In this document: positions 30,882 to 40,383 of the stretch, piece after piece | Layout: each line of letters starts with the position of its first letter | How positions within the stretch are numbered: the stretch's first letter is position 1 | Source: an uncultured delta proteobacterium | GTDB taxonomy: Bacteria > Desulfobacterota > RBG-13-43-22 | Reading direction: 5' to 3' | Assembly: GCA_963790475.1 (NCBI GenBank) | Contig: CAWBOS010000013.1 | Coordinates: 64,001 to 128,000, forward strand | DNA: 64,000 nt | Program-made: the position numbers and the translations under genes | The notes under the pieces: model-generated | The model's database searches: none | What the model saw: only the letters and a program-made list of their open reading frames with translations | What the model was told of the DNA's origin: nothing

Positions 30882-33013
30882 CCCATCTCCTTACGTACCT
30901 CCTCCAGGGCCTCCTCGATATCCTCACGCCGGATGAGGATTTCCGGTTCCCCGGCCCCGGGCTTCTCCATGGTCTTGACGGCACGGCGAACCGCTGTCAT
31001 GGCTGCTTTACGCGTGACCCCGGCAATGCCGGCCCCGCTGAAGCCCTCTGTCCGTTCGGCCAGGTCTACACTGTTTATATTCTCCGATAGAGGTTTCTGA
31101 CGAAAATGCACAGCAAATATCTCTTCCCGGTCTTTTTGGCCGGGCATCATCATCTCCACAATATCGTCAAAGCGGCCCGGCCTGAGGACCGCGGCATCCA
31201 GAATATCCAGACGGTTGGTCGCCCCCAGGACGAGAACTCCCCGGAGCTCGTCGATGCCGTCAAACTCGGCTAAAAACTGGCTGAGGATCCGTTCGGAGAC
31301 ATGGGAATCCGAGGCCCCGGCGCTCCGGGTCGGGACGAGGGCGTCGATTTCGTCAAAGAAGATGATGCAGGGCGCGGCCTGTCTTGCTTTGTGAAAGATC
31401 TCCCGGAGCCCCTTTTCCGATTCCCCGACCCATTTCGACATCAGGGCGGGCCCTTTGACGGATATGAAATTCACCTGGCTCTCCGTGGCAATCGCCTTGG
31501 CCATCAATGTCTTGCCGCATCCCGGAGGGCCGGCAAGAAGAATCCCCTTGGGCGGGGTCACGCCCCCCCTTTCAAAAAGGTGGGGGTATTTCAGGGGCCA
31601 CTCCACGGCCTCGATGAGGCGCTGTTTCAAAGAAGCGAGCCCACCCACATCTCCCCAGTGAACATTGGGAGATTCCACAAAGACCTCCCGGATGGCGGAT
31701 GGTTCGATCTCCCGCAAGGCAGACAGGAAGTCTTCCATACGCACCTCGAGTTTGGAGAGGGTTTCGTAAGGAATTCCGGCCTGTCCGAAATCGATCTCCC
31801 CCATGATCTGGCGCAGACAGCCCATGGCCGCCTCCCGGCAGAGGGCTTCTAAATCCGCGCCGACGAAGCCGTGGGTGATTTCCGCCAGGTGGTCCATGTG
31901 GACGTCTCCGGCCAGGGGCATCCCCCGGCTGTGAATCTCCAGGATCTCCAGACGCCCGCGCCGGTCCGGGATAGGAATGACGATCTCGCGGTCAAATCGG
32001 CCCGGACGCCGCAGGGCCGGGTCAAGGGCATTGGGGATGTTGGTGGCGGCAATGACGATGACGTTCTGTCTTTTGTTAAGGCCGTCCATGAGGGCCAGAA
32101 GCTGAGCGACAACCCTTTTTTCCACGTCCCCGACCACGTTTTCCCGGCGGGGGGCGATGGCGTCGATCTCGTCCAGGAACAGGATGCTCGGTCCCTTCCG
32201 GGTGGCCTCTTCGAAAATTTTTCGCAGGTGGGCCTCACTTTCACCATAAAACTTGTGGATGATTTCCGGTCCGCTGATGGAAAAGAAATTGGCCTCCGTT
32301 TCGTGAGCAATGGCGCGGGCGATGAGGGTCTTCCCGCATCCCGGAGGTCCGTAGAGGAGTACCCCCTTGGGGGCCTCAATCCCCAGGCGTTCAAAAACCT
32401 CGGGATAGCGCAGGGGCAGCTCGATCATCTCCCGTATATGCTGAAGCTGGGATTTCAGACCGCCGATGTCTTCATAGGCGAGGGTCCTCCCGCTTCCTTC
32501 TTCTCCTTGAGGCTTGCCGATGACCAGGATGGTGGCCGGGTTGATGATGACCGGACCCTTGGGTGTCACGGATTCGACCTTGAAGAAAGCGGCCCGGCTG
32601 CCGAACAGGGCCGCCTGGATCTTGGCCCCCTCCATGACTGGCAGACCATCCAGGAGGCTTCCGATATATTGCAGATCCCTCTCGGCCGGGGTGACGTTGG
32701 TCGGCGTCAGGACAATCCGTTCCGCCGGTCGGCACTTCACTTTGCTGATTTTCACCGTTTCATCAATCCCGACGCCAGCGTTCTCCCTGGTCAGTCCGTC
32801 CAGTTGGACCCGGGACTGGCCGCGGATTTCTTTATAGGCGGGCATGACCTTGCAGAGGGCCTTGCGTTTTCCCTCGACTTCCACCGTGTCGCCGACAGCA
32901 GCCTGAAGCCGTTCGAGATCTTCCGGTCCCATCCGGGCTAAAGCGCGCCCGACGTCTTTGGTCAAAGCTTCCGTTACTTTCAATTTGATGGACTGTTTTT
33001 CAGTCTCTTTCAT
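30878..33013 (-). CDS. CDC48/VCP-family double AAA ATPase (GvpZ position)
   Basis: CDC48 N domain, YEDIGGL, two GPPGCGKT Walker A motifs, RRPGRFD and LRPGRFD. Confidence 0.94.
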   Translation of the reverse strand: MKETEKQSIKLKVTEALTKDVGRALARMGPEDLERLQAAVGDTVEVEGKRKALCKVMPAYKEIRGQSRVQLDGLTRENAGVGIDETVKISKVKCRPAERIVLTPTNVTPAERDLQYIGSLLDGLPVMEGAKIQAALFGSRAAFFKVESVTPKGPVIINPATILVIGKPQGEEGSGRTLAYEDIGGLKSQLQHIREMIELPLRYPEVFERLGIEAPKGVLLYGPPGCGKTLIARAIAHETEANFFSISGPEIIHKFYGESEAHLRKIFEEATRKGPSILFLDEIDAIAPRRENVVGDVEKRVVAQLLALMDGLNKRQNVIVIAATNIPNALDPALRRPGRFDREIVIPIPDRRGRLEILEIHSRGMPLAGDVHMDHLAEITHGFVGADLEALCREAAMGCLRQIMGEIDFGQAGIPYETLSKLEVRMEDFLSALREIEPSAIREVFVESPNVHWGDVGGLASLKQRLIEAVEWPLKYPHLFERGGVTPPKGILLAGPPGCGKTLMAKAIATESQVNFISVKGPALMSKWVGESEKGLREIFHKARQAAPCIIFFDEIDALVPTRSAGASDSHVSERILSQFLAEFDGIDELRGVLVLGATNRLDILDAAVLRPGRFDDIVEMMMPGQKDREEIFAVHFRQKPLSENINSVDLAERTEGFSGAGIAGVTRKAAMTAVRRAVKTMEKPGAGEPEILIRREDIEEALEEVRKEMG

Positions 33014-33145
33014 AGCCCCTCACTTTAAATTTTTACAATACTGAATCTGAAAATTTATCACTAATATGAACCCCGCTACGAGTTGGTTCAATTTCAGATT
33101 TCGGATTGCGGAATGAAGGAAAAAAACATTGGATTTCGGATTAAG

Positions 33146-33266
33146 GAGCCTTTTGCAAAAGCCCATTGATGTCATTCCGGCGAAAGCCGGAATCCAGTCT
33201 TTTTGATGCATTCTGGACACCGGCTTCCGCCGGTGTGACGAAACTTAAGAGATTTGCAACAACCTC
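33146..33266. mobile_element. 121-bp MITE-like element, copy B
   Basis: Imperfect TIRs GAGCCTTTTGCAAAA / TTTGCAACAACCTC; two inverted internal palindromes; similar to 17682-17802; flanked by inverted heptamer arrays. Confidence 0.72.
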
Positions 33267-33350
33267 AGGTTTGGATTTTTTTATTCCGAAATCCCCAATC
33301 CACAATCCGAAAATCATAGGTTCCGCAATCCGCAATCAAAATGGGTTTGA

Positions 33351-34040
33351 TTAGGTCTTTTCACAACGGATGGTGACGATGCCGTTATTGCAGGTCACCT
33401 TTATCTTTTCCTCGGAGAGGCTGTGATGCAAAAGGATTTCCTTCCGGTACTTTTTCCCGCCTTTTTCGGCCAAGACCGTCAGGACGTCGTCCCGGACTTC
33501 AATCTTGATATCCTCAGGCCCCACACCGGGCATTTCGGCTATCAAGGTAGTTCCGTACTCATCTTCGAAGACATCGAGGGGAGGTTCATGGATCTCCTGA
33601 ACCACCGCCTCGCCGGTTTCCTTGTCCTTGCGTATGTTGCCGAAAGGTTCCACCCGGATCTGGTCGTCCTTAGCCCCTAAACCGGTTTTCAGGGTAAACC
33701 CATAGACCCCCTTGACGTCACCTTCTTTTGAGGGGAAGGTAAATTCCCCTTTTTTAGACAGGGCTTCTCCTTTTTCCGAAATATCGTTGAGCTTTTCGGC
33801 TATGTCCGTCAAACCGCTGAGGATACGGCTGAAACGGTTCTCGCCGTCCGGCTTTTCCCCGCTTCCACGGTCTGCCCGATCGCTCCCCGAACGCGAAGCC
33901 CGATCTTTGGAATGTTTCTCCCCTGCCCCGGCCAAGTCCCCAAGGGTATTCAAAAATCCTGTCAGGCTATTGAACACGCCCCCTCCGAATCCTACTTGTT
34001 CCCCTTCGCCGTCTTTATGGTCCGGCCCACGTTTTTTCAT
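33351..34040 (-). CDS. Hsp20/alpha-crystallin protein (GvpH-like)
   Basis: GVYGFTLKTGLG...VEPFGNI...EPPLDVFEDE...AEMPGV...CNNGIVTI. Confidence 0.85.
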   Translation of the reverse strand: MKKRGPDHKDGEGEQVGFGGGVFNSLTGFLNTLGDLAGAGEKHSKDRASRSGSDRADRGSGEKPDGENRFSRILSGLTDIAEKLNDISEKGEALSKKGEFTFPSKEGDVKGVYGFTLKTGLGAKDDQIRVEPFGNIRKDKETGEAVVQEIHEPPLDVFEDEYGTTLIAEMPGVGPEDIKIEVRDDVLTVLAEKGGKKYRKEILLHHSLSEEKIKVTCNNGIVTIRCEKT

Positions 34041-34041
34041 C

Positions 34042-35445
34042 CTATCCTCCGTTTATCTGGATTCCGAATTTTTTGACTTTCGTATGAACGGTCTTATAGT
34101 CGACCTGCAATAACCTGGCGGCCCTGGCCTTGTTTCCTCCTGTTACCTTAAGCACTTCCGTGAGAACCTCTTTTTCCACGGCCAGAACGCTCTGTTGAAC
34201 GATTTCAGCTAAAGTTGCATTGTTCCAGGGCCTCCCCTGGACCTTAGGGGAAAAGGCCATCCCCGGCACCGAGACCCGTTTGATACTGAGATCCTTTTCG
34301 GTAATCATTTCCCTGACCACCAGGGTGGCCTGCCGGATTACCGATCGGAGCTGACGGACATTCCCCGGCCAGTTATAAGACATCAATGCCTCCACCGCCG
34401 CTTCGGTGAAACCTTTGACCATCTTTTTCAATTCGATATTGGCCAGATCCAGAAAACGCTTGGCCAGGTAAGGAATATCTTCTTTTCTCTCCCGGAGGGG
34501 GGGAACCGTGATCGTGAACTCGCTCAGACGGTAATATAGATCCTTTCGAAAATTACCGGCAACCATCATTTCCTGGAGGTCCTGATTGGTTGCCAAAATG
34601 AGGCGGATATCCACATCCACGGGTTTGGTCCCACCGACCCGGTAGAGCTTACGGTCCTGGATCACCCGCAGGAACTTTGCCTGGGAACCGGGGGGCATAT
34701 TAGCGATCTCGTCCATGAACAAGGTACCGCCGTGGGTCAATTCGAATTTGCCTAATTTCTGTCGTTCCGCTCCGGTGAACGATCCTTTTTCATGACCAAA
34801 CAGTTCGCTCTCTAACAGGGGTTCGGGGATGGCCCCGCAATCCACCGCCATAAAGGGTGCGTTCTTCCGCTTGCTGTCTTCATGTATGGCCCTGGCCACC
34901 AGTTCTTTTCCCGAGCCTGTCTCACCCATGATGACTACGGAAAAATCTGATTTCGCCACCCGGTGGACATCGGTCACCAGCCGGCCAATCTTGTCGCTGG
35001 GCCCCATGCTCTGGATGAGGCCAAAGTTCCCTTTAAATCCATCTGTTATGGATTCCAAGGTCCTCTTTAGTTGTACTTCCACCAGGACCCGGTGTGTAAT
35101 CCTGACCACCTCGTTATGGTCGAAGGGTTTGGATAAATAATCAAAGGCCCCTAACTTCATGGCCTCCACGGCCTGGTGAATATCGGCATAGGCCGTGACC
35201 AGCACCACCGGCAGATCATCGTCTATTTCTTTGATTTTCTTGAGGACCTCCATGCCGTTGAGACCGGGCATCCGGATATCAAGAAGCACGGCATCCGGGG
35301 TGTCGAAACAGATCTTCTGAATCGCCTGATCCCCGTCAGGGGCGGTGATAACCTCAATTCCTTCCTTTTCCAGGATCTGGGTCAGGATCTTCCGGATTTC
35401 CTCTTCATCATCGACAACCAGGACCCGTCCTAAACGATCAATCAT
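34042..35445 (-). CDS. NtrC-type sigma54 enhancer-binding response regulator (GvrA position)
   Basis: REC, GETGSGKE, ESELFGHEKGSFTGA, WPGNVRQL, Fis-type HTH. Confidence 0.94.
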   Translation of the reverse strand: MIDRLGRVLVVDDEEEIRKILTQILEKEGIEVITAPDGDQAIQKICFDTPDAVLLDIRMPGLNGMEVLKKIKEIDDDLPVVLVTAYADIHQAVEAMKLGAFDYLSKPFDHNEVVRITHRVLVEVQLKRTLESITDGFKGNFGLIQSMGPSDKIGRLVTDVHRVAKSDFSVVIMGETGSGKELVARAIHEDSKRKNAPFMAVDCGAIPEPLLESELFGHEKGSFTGAERQKLGKFELTHGGTLFMDEIANMPPGSQAKFLRVIQDRKLYRVGGTKPVDVDIRLILATNQDLQEMMVAGNFRKDLYYRLSEFTITVPPLRERKEDIPYLAKRFLDLANIELKKMVKGFTEAAVEALMSYNWPGNVRQLRSVIRQATLVVREMITEKDLSIKRVSVPGMAFSPKVQGRPWNNATLAEIVQQSVLAVEKEVLTEVLKVTGGNKARAARLLQVDYKTVHTKVKKFGIQINGG

Positions 35446-35449
35446 ATCA

Positions 35450-36061
35450 TCATTTCCTCTTATCTAAAGGACGATTAACTGGATAAAGAACATGAATATC
35501 TTTCGGCAGACAGCCGGCAACGTTGTGCAGCATCCCCAGGAAAAGGATGCCTGTCTCCTCCGCCTGAAGGGTCGTTGCGATCCTTTCAGCAATGAAGGCA
35601 TCCCGCTTCACCAGAAGAAGATCGCTGGCCGCCTTCTGCCTGGCTTCGACTTCCAGGACCTTTTTTACCTCACCGGATTCAAGAATCCTTTTGATGAGAT
35701 GATACTCTTCGATAAGCAATTCCGCCGATTCCGTGCCCATGATCGTCGCCCCTTTTTCCATTAGACGGACCAGGAGCTGGTGATTGGGGCTCCCTTTTTT
35801 TGCTATTTCAGTTACTATTTCAATTTCTTTAGCGCATACCGGAAGGCCATCCTGGTAGACTCGGGTTTGAGCATAAGAAAGAGAGAAGGTTTCAAGAGTG
35901 TCTTCTATGCCGGTCCAGAACCGTTCGATAAGATTATGTTTACGATTCCAGGTTCGCTCACCGAGCTTTTGCAGGGTGACCTTTTTGATGGACTCGCTCA
36001 GTGTCCCCATATCTGACTGGGTGTGAATAATGGGAATGTAATAAAGAGTTCTTGTCGTCAT
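35450..36061 (-). CDS. Hypothetical protein, first gene of the regulatory gvp operon
   Basis: 203 aa, IPIIHT..DMG, VYQDGLP, RDAFIAERI, ILFLGMLH; 4 bp from the next gene. Confidence 0.75.
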   Translation of the reverse strand: MTTRTLYYIPIIHTQSDMGTLSESIKKVTLQKLGERTWNRKHNLIERFWTGIEDTLETFSLSYAQTRVYQDGLPVCAKEIEIVTEIAKKGSPNHQLLVRLMEKGATIMGTESAELLIEEYHLIKRILESGEVKKVLEVEARQKAASDLLLVKRDAFIAERIATTLQAEETGILFLGMLHNVAGCLPKDIHVLYPVNRPLDKRK

Positions 36062-36102
36062 GGCTCTTTGGATCCTGACTGTAGAATATAAGGAATCTTT
36101 TC

Positions 36103-36140
36103 TATGGAAGTATTTCCATATTCATATGGAACCTGTTCCC
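36103..36140. promoter_or_regulatory. Tandem TGGAA-N4-TTCC(A/C) palindromes, candidate regulator binding sites
   Basis: TGGAA-GTAT-TTCCA (36105-36118) and TGGAA-CCTG-TTCCC (36127-36140); same motif at 27253-27266. Confidence 0.55.
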
Positions 36141-36284
36141 GTATGTTAATGATATTCCGGAAGGCCTGATTATGATTTCAATGATTCTATCAGGTCTTAT
36201 CGCCAAATCCTCACTCAGCAAGAGCCTGACGACTATTTCGATTACTGCATGAATCATACCTTCTTTTCCCGGTTAATCATTCTC

Positions 36285-36440
36285 GATGAATTCGTAAAAA
36301 ATCGTCACCCCGGCGAAAGCCGGGGTCCAGGTTGCTTATAACTATTTAAAAACACTGGATTCCGGCTGGAGTCTATCCCGCACTTGATACGGGACCGGAA
36401 TGACTAACATTGGCTTTGGGCAACTTTTTACCGATTCGTC
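36285..36440. mobile_element. MITE-like element with GATGAATTCGTAAAAA / TTTTTACCGATTCGTC TIRs and dRS3-like cargo
   Basis: Imperfect 16-bp TIRs; internal GTCACCCCGGCGAAAGCCGGGGTCCAG and CTGGATTCCGG...CCGGAATGAC; right end overlaps the stop codon of the adjacent kinase. Confidence 0.68.
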
Positions 36441-37977
36441 ATTCTTTATGGTCAAGAGTCAATTCAACGATGAAGGATGCCCCCCCCATAGTGTTGTTTT
36501 CCGCATGAATTGTTCCGCCATGGTCCTGGAGGATGCCTTTACAGACCGACAAACCCAGTCCGGTGCCTTTTCCCGGAACTTTGGTGGTAAAAAAAGGCTC
36601 AAAAATCAGGTTCAAGTTTCCCGCAGGAATACCACGGCCGTTATCGGCAACACTCAGGATGATAGAAGAATTCTTCAAGGAAACGGACGGACGATGAACA
36701 GTAACAATCAGCCTGTTCTGCCGGTTACCATTCATAGCGTCACAGGCGTTGAGGATAAGGTTGATCACCACCTTCACCATCCGGTCACTTTCCATTTTTA
36801 CGGGTATGACCTCCGGCGGAGGACGGTACTCGACCTGGACTTCAGCTTCTTTAATCCTGAGTTCCGTCATTTGCAGAGCCAGGTCGATGACCCGGCGAAG
36901 GTCGCCGACAACAAGCATTGTAGGTTGTTTAGGAGATGATTGGCGCAAATCCCGGATGATCTTTACAATCCTCTGAATCTGTTCCCGGCAAACCCGCAAG
37001 TTTTCCCCGGCCTTTTCCGACAGGTTTTCATCTCCCAGAAATTGGAGTTGTGACGAGATGATACTGGCGGGATTGAGGATTTCATGGGCGATGCCGGCGG
37101 CCAAGCGTCCGACAGCCGCTTCCTTTTCGAACTGGATCAGCATGTCTTTTGTTTCCTGCAACTGGCGCAAGGTTTCTTTAAGTTCCTCCTCCGCCTGCCT
37201 GCGCTCGGTAATGTCTTTTGAAACAACGACGACTTCCGAAATTTCTCCGGCGGTATTCCGATCCATTACCGGGGTGAAGGTACGAAGAAAATACCTCCCA
37301 TCCCTTTCACTCCTGTATTCTTGAGTGGCGGATTCTTTAGTTTCGAATATTTCTCTCATCTTTTTCATAAAGTTATTTGAATTTTCCTCGGAGTGAAATT
37401 CGTTGTATCTCCTGCCGATGATTTCTTCAAAGGGTTGGTTAAATCTCCGCTTGTGACCTTCATTCATGAAAACATATTGGCATTCTCTGTTCACCAAATA
37501 CATCGAATCGACGGAAGCTGCCAGGGATCGGTATTTCTCTACGCTCTGGCGCAGCATCTCCTCCGCCTTTCGTCTTTCTTTTTCCACCATGGAAGTATAC
37601 AGCGCTATCTCGATATTGACCTTGATCTCATTACTCTGAAATGGTTTGAGTATATAACCAAAAGGATTGACCGGTTTCGCCCGCTCTACCCATTCCGGAT
37701 CGGCATAGGCCGTGATAAAAATCGCCGGGATTCCCCACCGGGAGCCCATGAGGGCCGCAGCCTCGATCCCGTCCATTTTACCTTTCAGGACAATGTCCAT
37801 GAGAACGAGGTCTGGAGGTTCCTGTTCCGCGAGTTCCAGGGCCTTTTCCGCCGAATCGACACAAGCCAAGACCGTATATCCCAACTGCTCCACGCAGGAT
37901 TTGAGATCAATGGCAATGATGCCCTCGTCCTCCACGATCAGGATCTTTTTTGGGTTTGCTGCTTGATGTTCAGTCAT
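36439..37977 (-). CDS. REC-PAS histidine kinase
   Basis: Start reassigned to ATG 37977 (AAGAGGG RBS; the upstream part of the track ORF lies in a repeat element); ILIVEDE, PAS, IAHEILNP, GTGLGL. Confidence 0.9.
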   Translation of the reverse strand: MTEHQAANPKKILIVEDEGIIAIDLKSCVEQLGYTVLACVDSAEKALELAEQEPPDLVLMDIVLKGKMDGIEAAALMGSRWGIPAIFITAYADPEWVERAKPVNPFGYILKPFQSNEIKVNIEIALYTSMVEKERRKAEEMLRQSVEKYRSLAASVDSMYLVNRECQYVFMNEGHKRRFNQPFEEIIGRRYNEFHSEENSNNFMKKMREIFETKESATQEYRSERDGRYFLRTFTPVMDRNTAGEISEVVVVSKDITERRQAEEELKETLRQLQETKDMLIQFEKEAAVGRLAAGIAHEILNPASIISSQLQFLGDENLSEKAGENLRVCREQIQRIVKIIRDLRQSSPKQPTMLVVGDLRRVIDLALQMTELRIKEAEVQVEYRPPPEVIPVKMESDRMVKVVINLILNACDAMNGNRQNRLIVTVHRPSVSLKNSSIILSVADNGRGIPAGNLNLIFEPFFTTKVPGKGTGLGLSVCKGILQDHGGTIHAENNTMGGASFIVELTLDHKE

Positions 37978-38040
37978 TGAAGCCCTCTTATGAATTGACT
38001 TTTGCTGTTCAGGTAACACGTTAGCTTTATGAAAATCCTT

Positions 38041-38234
38041 TTTCACCACAGAGACACCGAGAGCACACCGGACCTTGTCTTTTAAAAATCGGGAGATACC
38101 GATTTTTGAAAATCCCGCTTCCAGCGGGACCTGAGGCACCCGGTGAAACGTTTGTTCGCTAAGCGACAGGTTGGATTTTCTTTGGCGGTTTCTCACGCCA
38201 AAAGAGATTTCTCTGTGTCCTCTGTGTCGTGAAT
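38041..38234. repeat. Structured intergenic element with CACAGAG-type terminal inverted repeats and nested hairpins
   Basis: TTCACCACAGAGACAC... / ...CTCTGTGTCCTCTGTGTCGTGAA; inner hairpins AAAAATCGG/CCGATTTTT, TCCCGCT/AGCGGGA, TTGGCG/CGCCAA. Confidence 0.6.
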
Positions 38235-38321
38235 AGATTCTGATTCAAAAGAATTCATTTCAAAAAGCTAAATTGTCGCCTGTTTAGCCTTCGGAGTTCG
38301 GCAACGGCCTGTCCGTAATTC

Positions 38322-40301
38322 TCAGTTCTCAAAATTATATTTCCTCGGGAAGGTGATTCGAAACTCTGTTCCCACCTCCTGGTGAAAACCGATAGTCCCC
38401 TCCAGTTGCTGCACCAGGGCCATTACCACTTGAAAACCCATGGACTCCGTCTTCCCAAAATCCACATCCCTGGGAAAACCGATACCGTTATCCCCTACCG
38501 TCAGCCGGATCATCTCTTCATCAACCATGGATAGCCCCACCCTGATTTCACCCGTCCTCCCTCCCGGGAAGGCATGCTTCAGGCCATTGGATATGAGTTC
38601 ATTGATGATCAAACCCAAAGGGACCGCTTTATCAATACCGATATGGACTTTCTCCACCTCGACTTTAAGCTTCACCCTATCCAGGCTGATCCGGGAGGAA
38701 TGAAATAGACTGATGCTCAAGCTTCGAAGATAATCGGTCATATCGATCCGGGTAAAATCCGGTGATTGGTAGAGCTTCTCGTGCACCAGGGACATGGAGC
38801 GGATGCGGTCCCGGCTCTGGTTAAAAACCGCCAGGGCCAGGGGATCCTTGATCTTCCTGGCCTGCAGGTTCAATAGACTTTGAACCACCTGCAGATTGTT
38901 CTTCACCCGGTGGTGAACCTCCCGCAGCAGGAGATCTTTCTCCCTGAGGGAGGTCCGTAACTGAGCCTCTGCCCGCTTATATTTATCAATATTCTGAAAT
39001 GTCCCGGTAATTTTTATTATTTTGTCACCGCTGTAAACGGCCTTTCCAAGGGACCGCACCCAAATCCTGTCTTTGCTGCCGGAAGGAATGAAAAGGGATT
39101 CAAGATCCCATGATTCGCCCGTTTCCGCAGCTTTCTTAAATGCTTCCCCTAAAGCCGGCCTGGATTCAGGGGCAAAGAAATTCATGGCTTCTTCCAGCTT
39201 CGCCCTATATCCCGGCTCGACTCTGTGGATCCGACGAACCACGTCCGTCCAGGAGACCTCCTTGGTCGAGAGGTCAAGCTCCCACCCCCCGACTTCGGCC
39301 ATTTCCCCGGTATCACTTAGAAGCTGAATGTTTTTCTTCAGTTCATCTTCTGCCCGTCTGCGTTTAGACACGTCACGGGAAATTCCCCGGAATCCGATAA
39401 CCCGGCCCTCCCTGTCCCGCCGGCAGGATATGGATTCTTCTATAAGCAGAGGCGTTCCATCTTTTCGAATATTGGTGACCGGATAATCTTTAATGATCTC
39501 CCCTGTCCGGTAGACCCGGTTAAAGGTTTTATAGACCCCCTCCACTTCCTCCTGGGGGACATAGGTCCGGTAGTTCATCCCGATCAATTCTTGACGGGAA
39601 TATTGAAGCAGCCGGGTCATGGAATCGTTGACAAAGATGAAATTACCGTCCAAATCCACCTCGTAGTAGCCTTCATTTATTTCTTCGATTATGGCGGTTC
39701 GATATCTCTCTTCCGATTGTTCTATAACCTCTTCCAGGCGCTTGCGTTCGGTGATGTCGGTAACCGTGGTATGGACCAGAAATGCTCCACGGCCTGCCTC
39801 CCTCCGGATACTTTCCAAACCGGCGTAGAAAGTGGAACCCTCCGGTCTCCTGAGTATGAGGTCACAACTCTGCTTTTCTCCCTCCCGTAACACACTCAGG
39901 AAATGCTGATCCCATAGGTCCTGGTCGTTGGCTGTTACTATTTTTCGAAACCGGGTGTTGATCAGTTTTTGACGCGCTACCCCCAGGAGGGTTGAACCGG
40001 TGAGGTTAACCTCTTTGATCAGGGCTTCCGGGGTGAAGGTAAAGTATCCCACCGGAGCAAAATGATAGAGATCGGCGTACTGTTCCCTGGATTCCTCCAG
40101 GGCGACCTGGGTCTTTTTGAGTTCCTCGTTTTGTATCTCCAACTCTATCTGGTGCACCTGAAGTTCACGGAGAAGTTCCTCGGGATTTTTCTCCTGCATC
40201 TCGTAAGGTGCACTGAAGAATTGGGACAGTTTTTCTTCCGCCGCATCTCTCAATTGGGGGTCGGGATTCCAGTCTTCGGTTTGATTTTTTTTCTTTCGCA
40301 T
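38322..40301 (-). CDS. Multi-PAS HisKA_2-type histidine kinase with N-terminal QIELE coil
   Basis: ELQVHQIELEIQNEEL, 3 PAS, EVHHRVKNNLQ, NELISNGLKH, DNGIGF. Confidence 0.92.
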   Translation of the reverse strand: MRKKKNQTEDWNPDPQLRDAAEEKLSQFFSAPYEMQEKNPEELLRELQVHQIELEIQNEELKKTQVALEESREQYADLYHFAPVGYFTFTPEALIKEVNLTGSTLLGVARQKLINTRFRKIVTANDQDLWDQHFLSVLREGEKQSCDLILRRPEGSTFYAGLESIRREAGRGAFLVHTTVTDITERKRLEEVIEQSEERYRTAIIEEINEGYYEVDLDGNFIFVNDSMTRLLQYSRQELIGMNYRTYVPQEEVEGVYKTFNRVYRTGEIIKDYPVTNIRKDGTPLLIEESISCRRDREGRVIGFRGISRDVSKRRRAEDELKKNIQLLSDTGEMAEVGGWELDLSTKEVSWTDVVRRIHRVEPGYRAKLEEAMNFFAPESRPALGEAFKKAAETGESWDLESLFIPSGSKDRIWVRSLGKAVYSGDKIIKITGTFQNIDKYKRAEAQLRTSLREKDLLLREVHHRVKNNLQVVQSLLNLQARKIKDPLALAVFNQSRDRIRSMSLVHEKLYQSPDFTRIDMTDYLRSLSISLFHSSRISLDRVKLKVEVEKVHIGIDKAVPLGLIINELISNGLKHAFPGGRTGEIRVGLSMVDEEMIRLTVGDNGIGFPRDVDFGKTESMGFQVVMALVQQLEGTIGFHQEVGTEFRITFPRKYNFEN

Positions 40302-40383
40302 AAGATATTTCCAATTCGGAATGTGGATTGCGGAATAAAATCCCGTTCTATTTTGGATTGCCGATTATCCCATTTCGCGTTGA

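Noticed and set aside
33020-33354. Small ORFs such as ...WIPAFAGMT...
   Set aside because: Translations of dRS3-like and heptamer repeats
37978-38196. N-terminal extensions in the ORF track (also 10113-10193, 54411-54485, 61826-62026)
   Set aside because: They run through repeats, promoter DNA or an upstream gene; better-supported starts lie downstream
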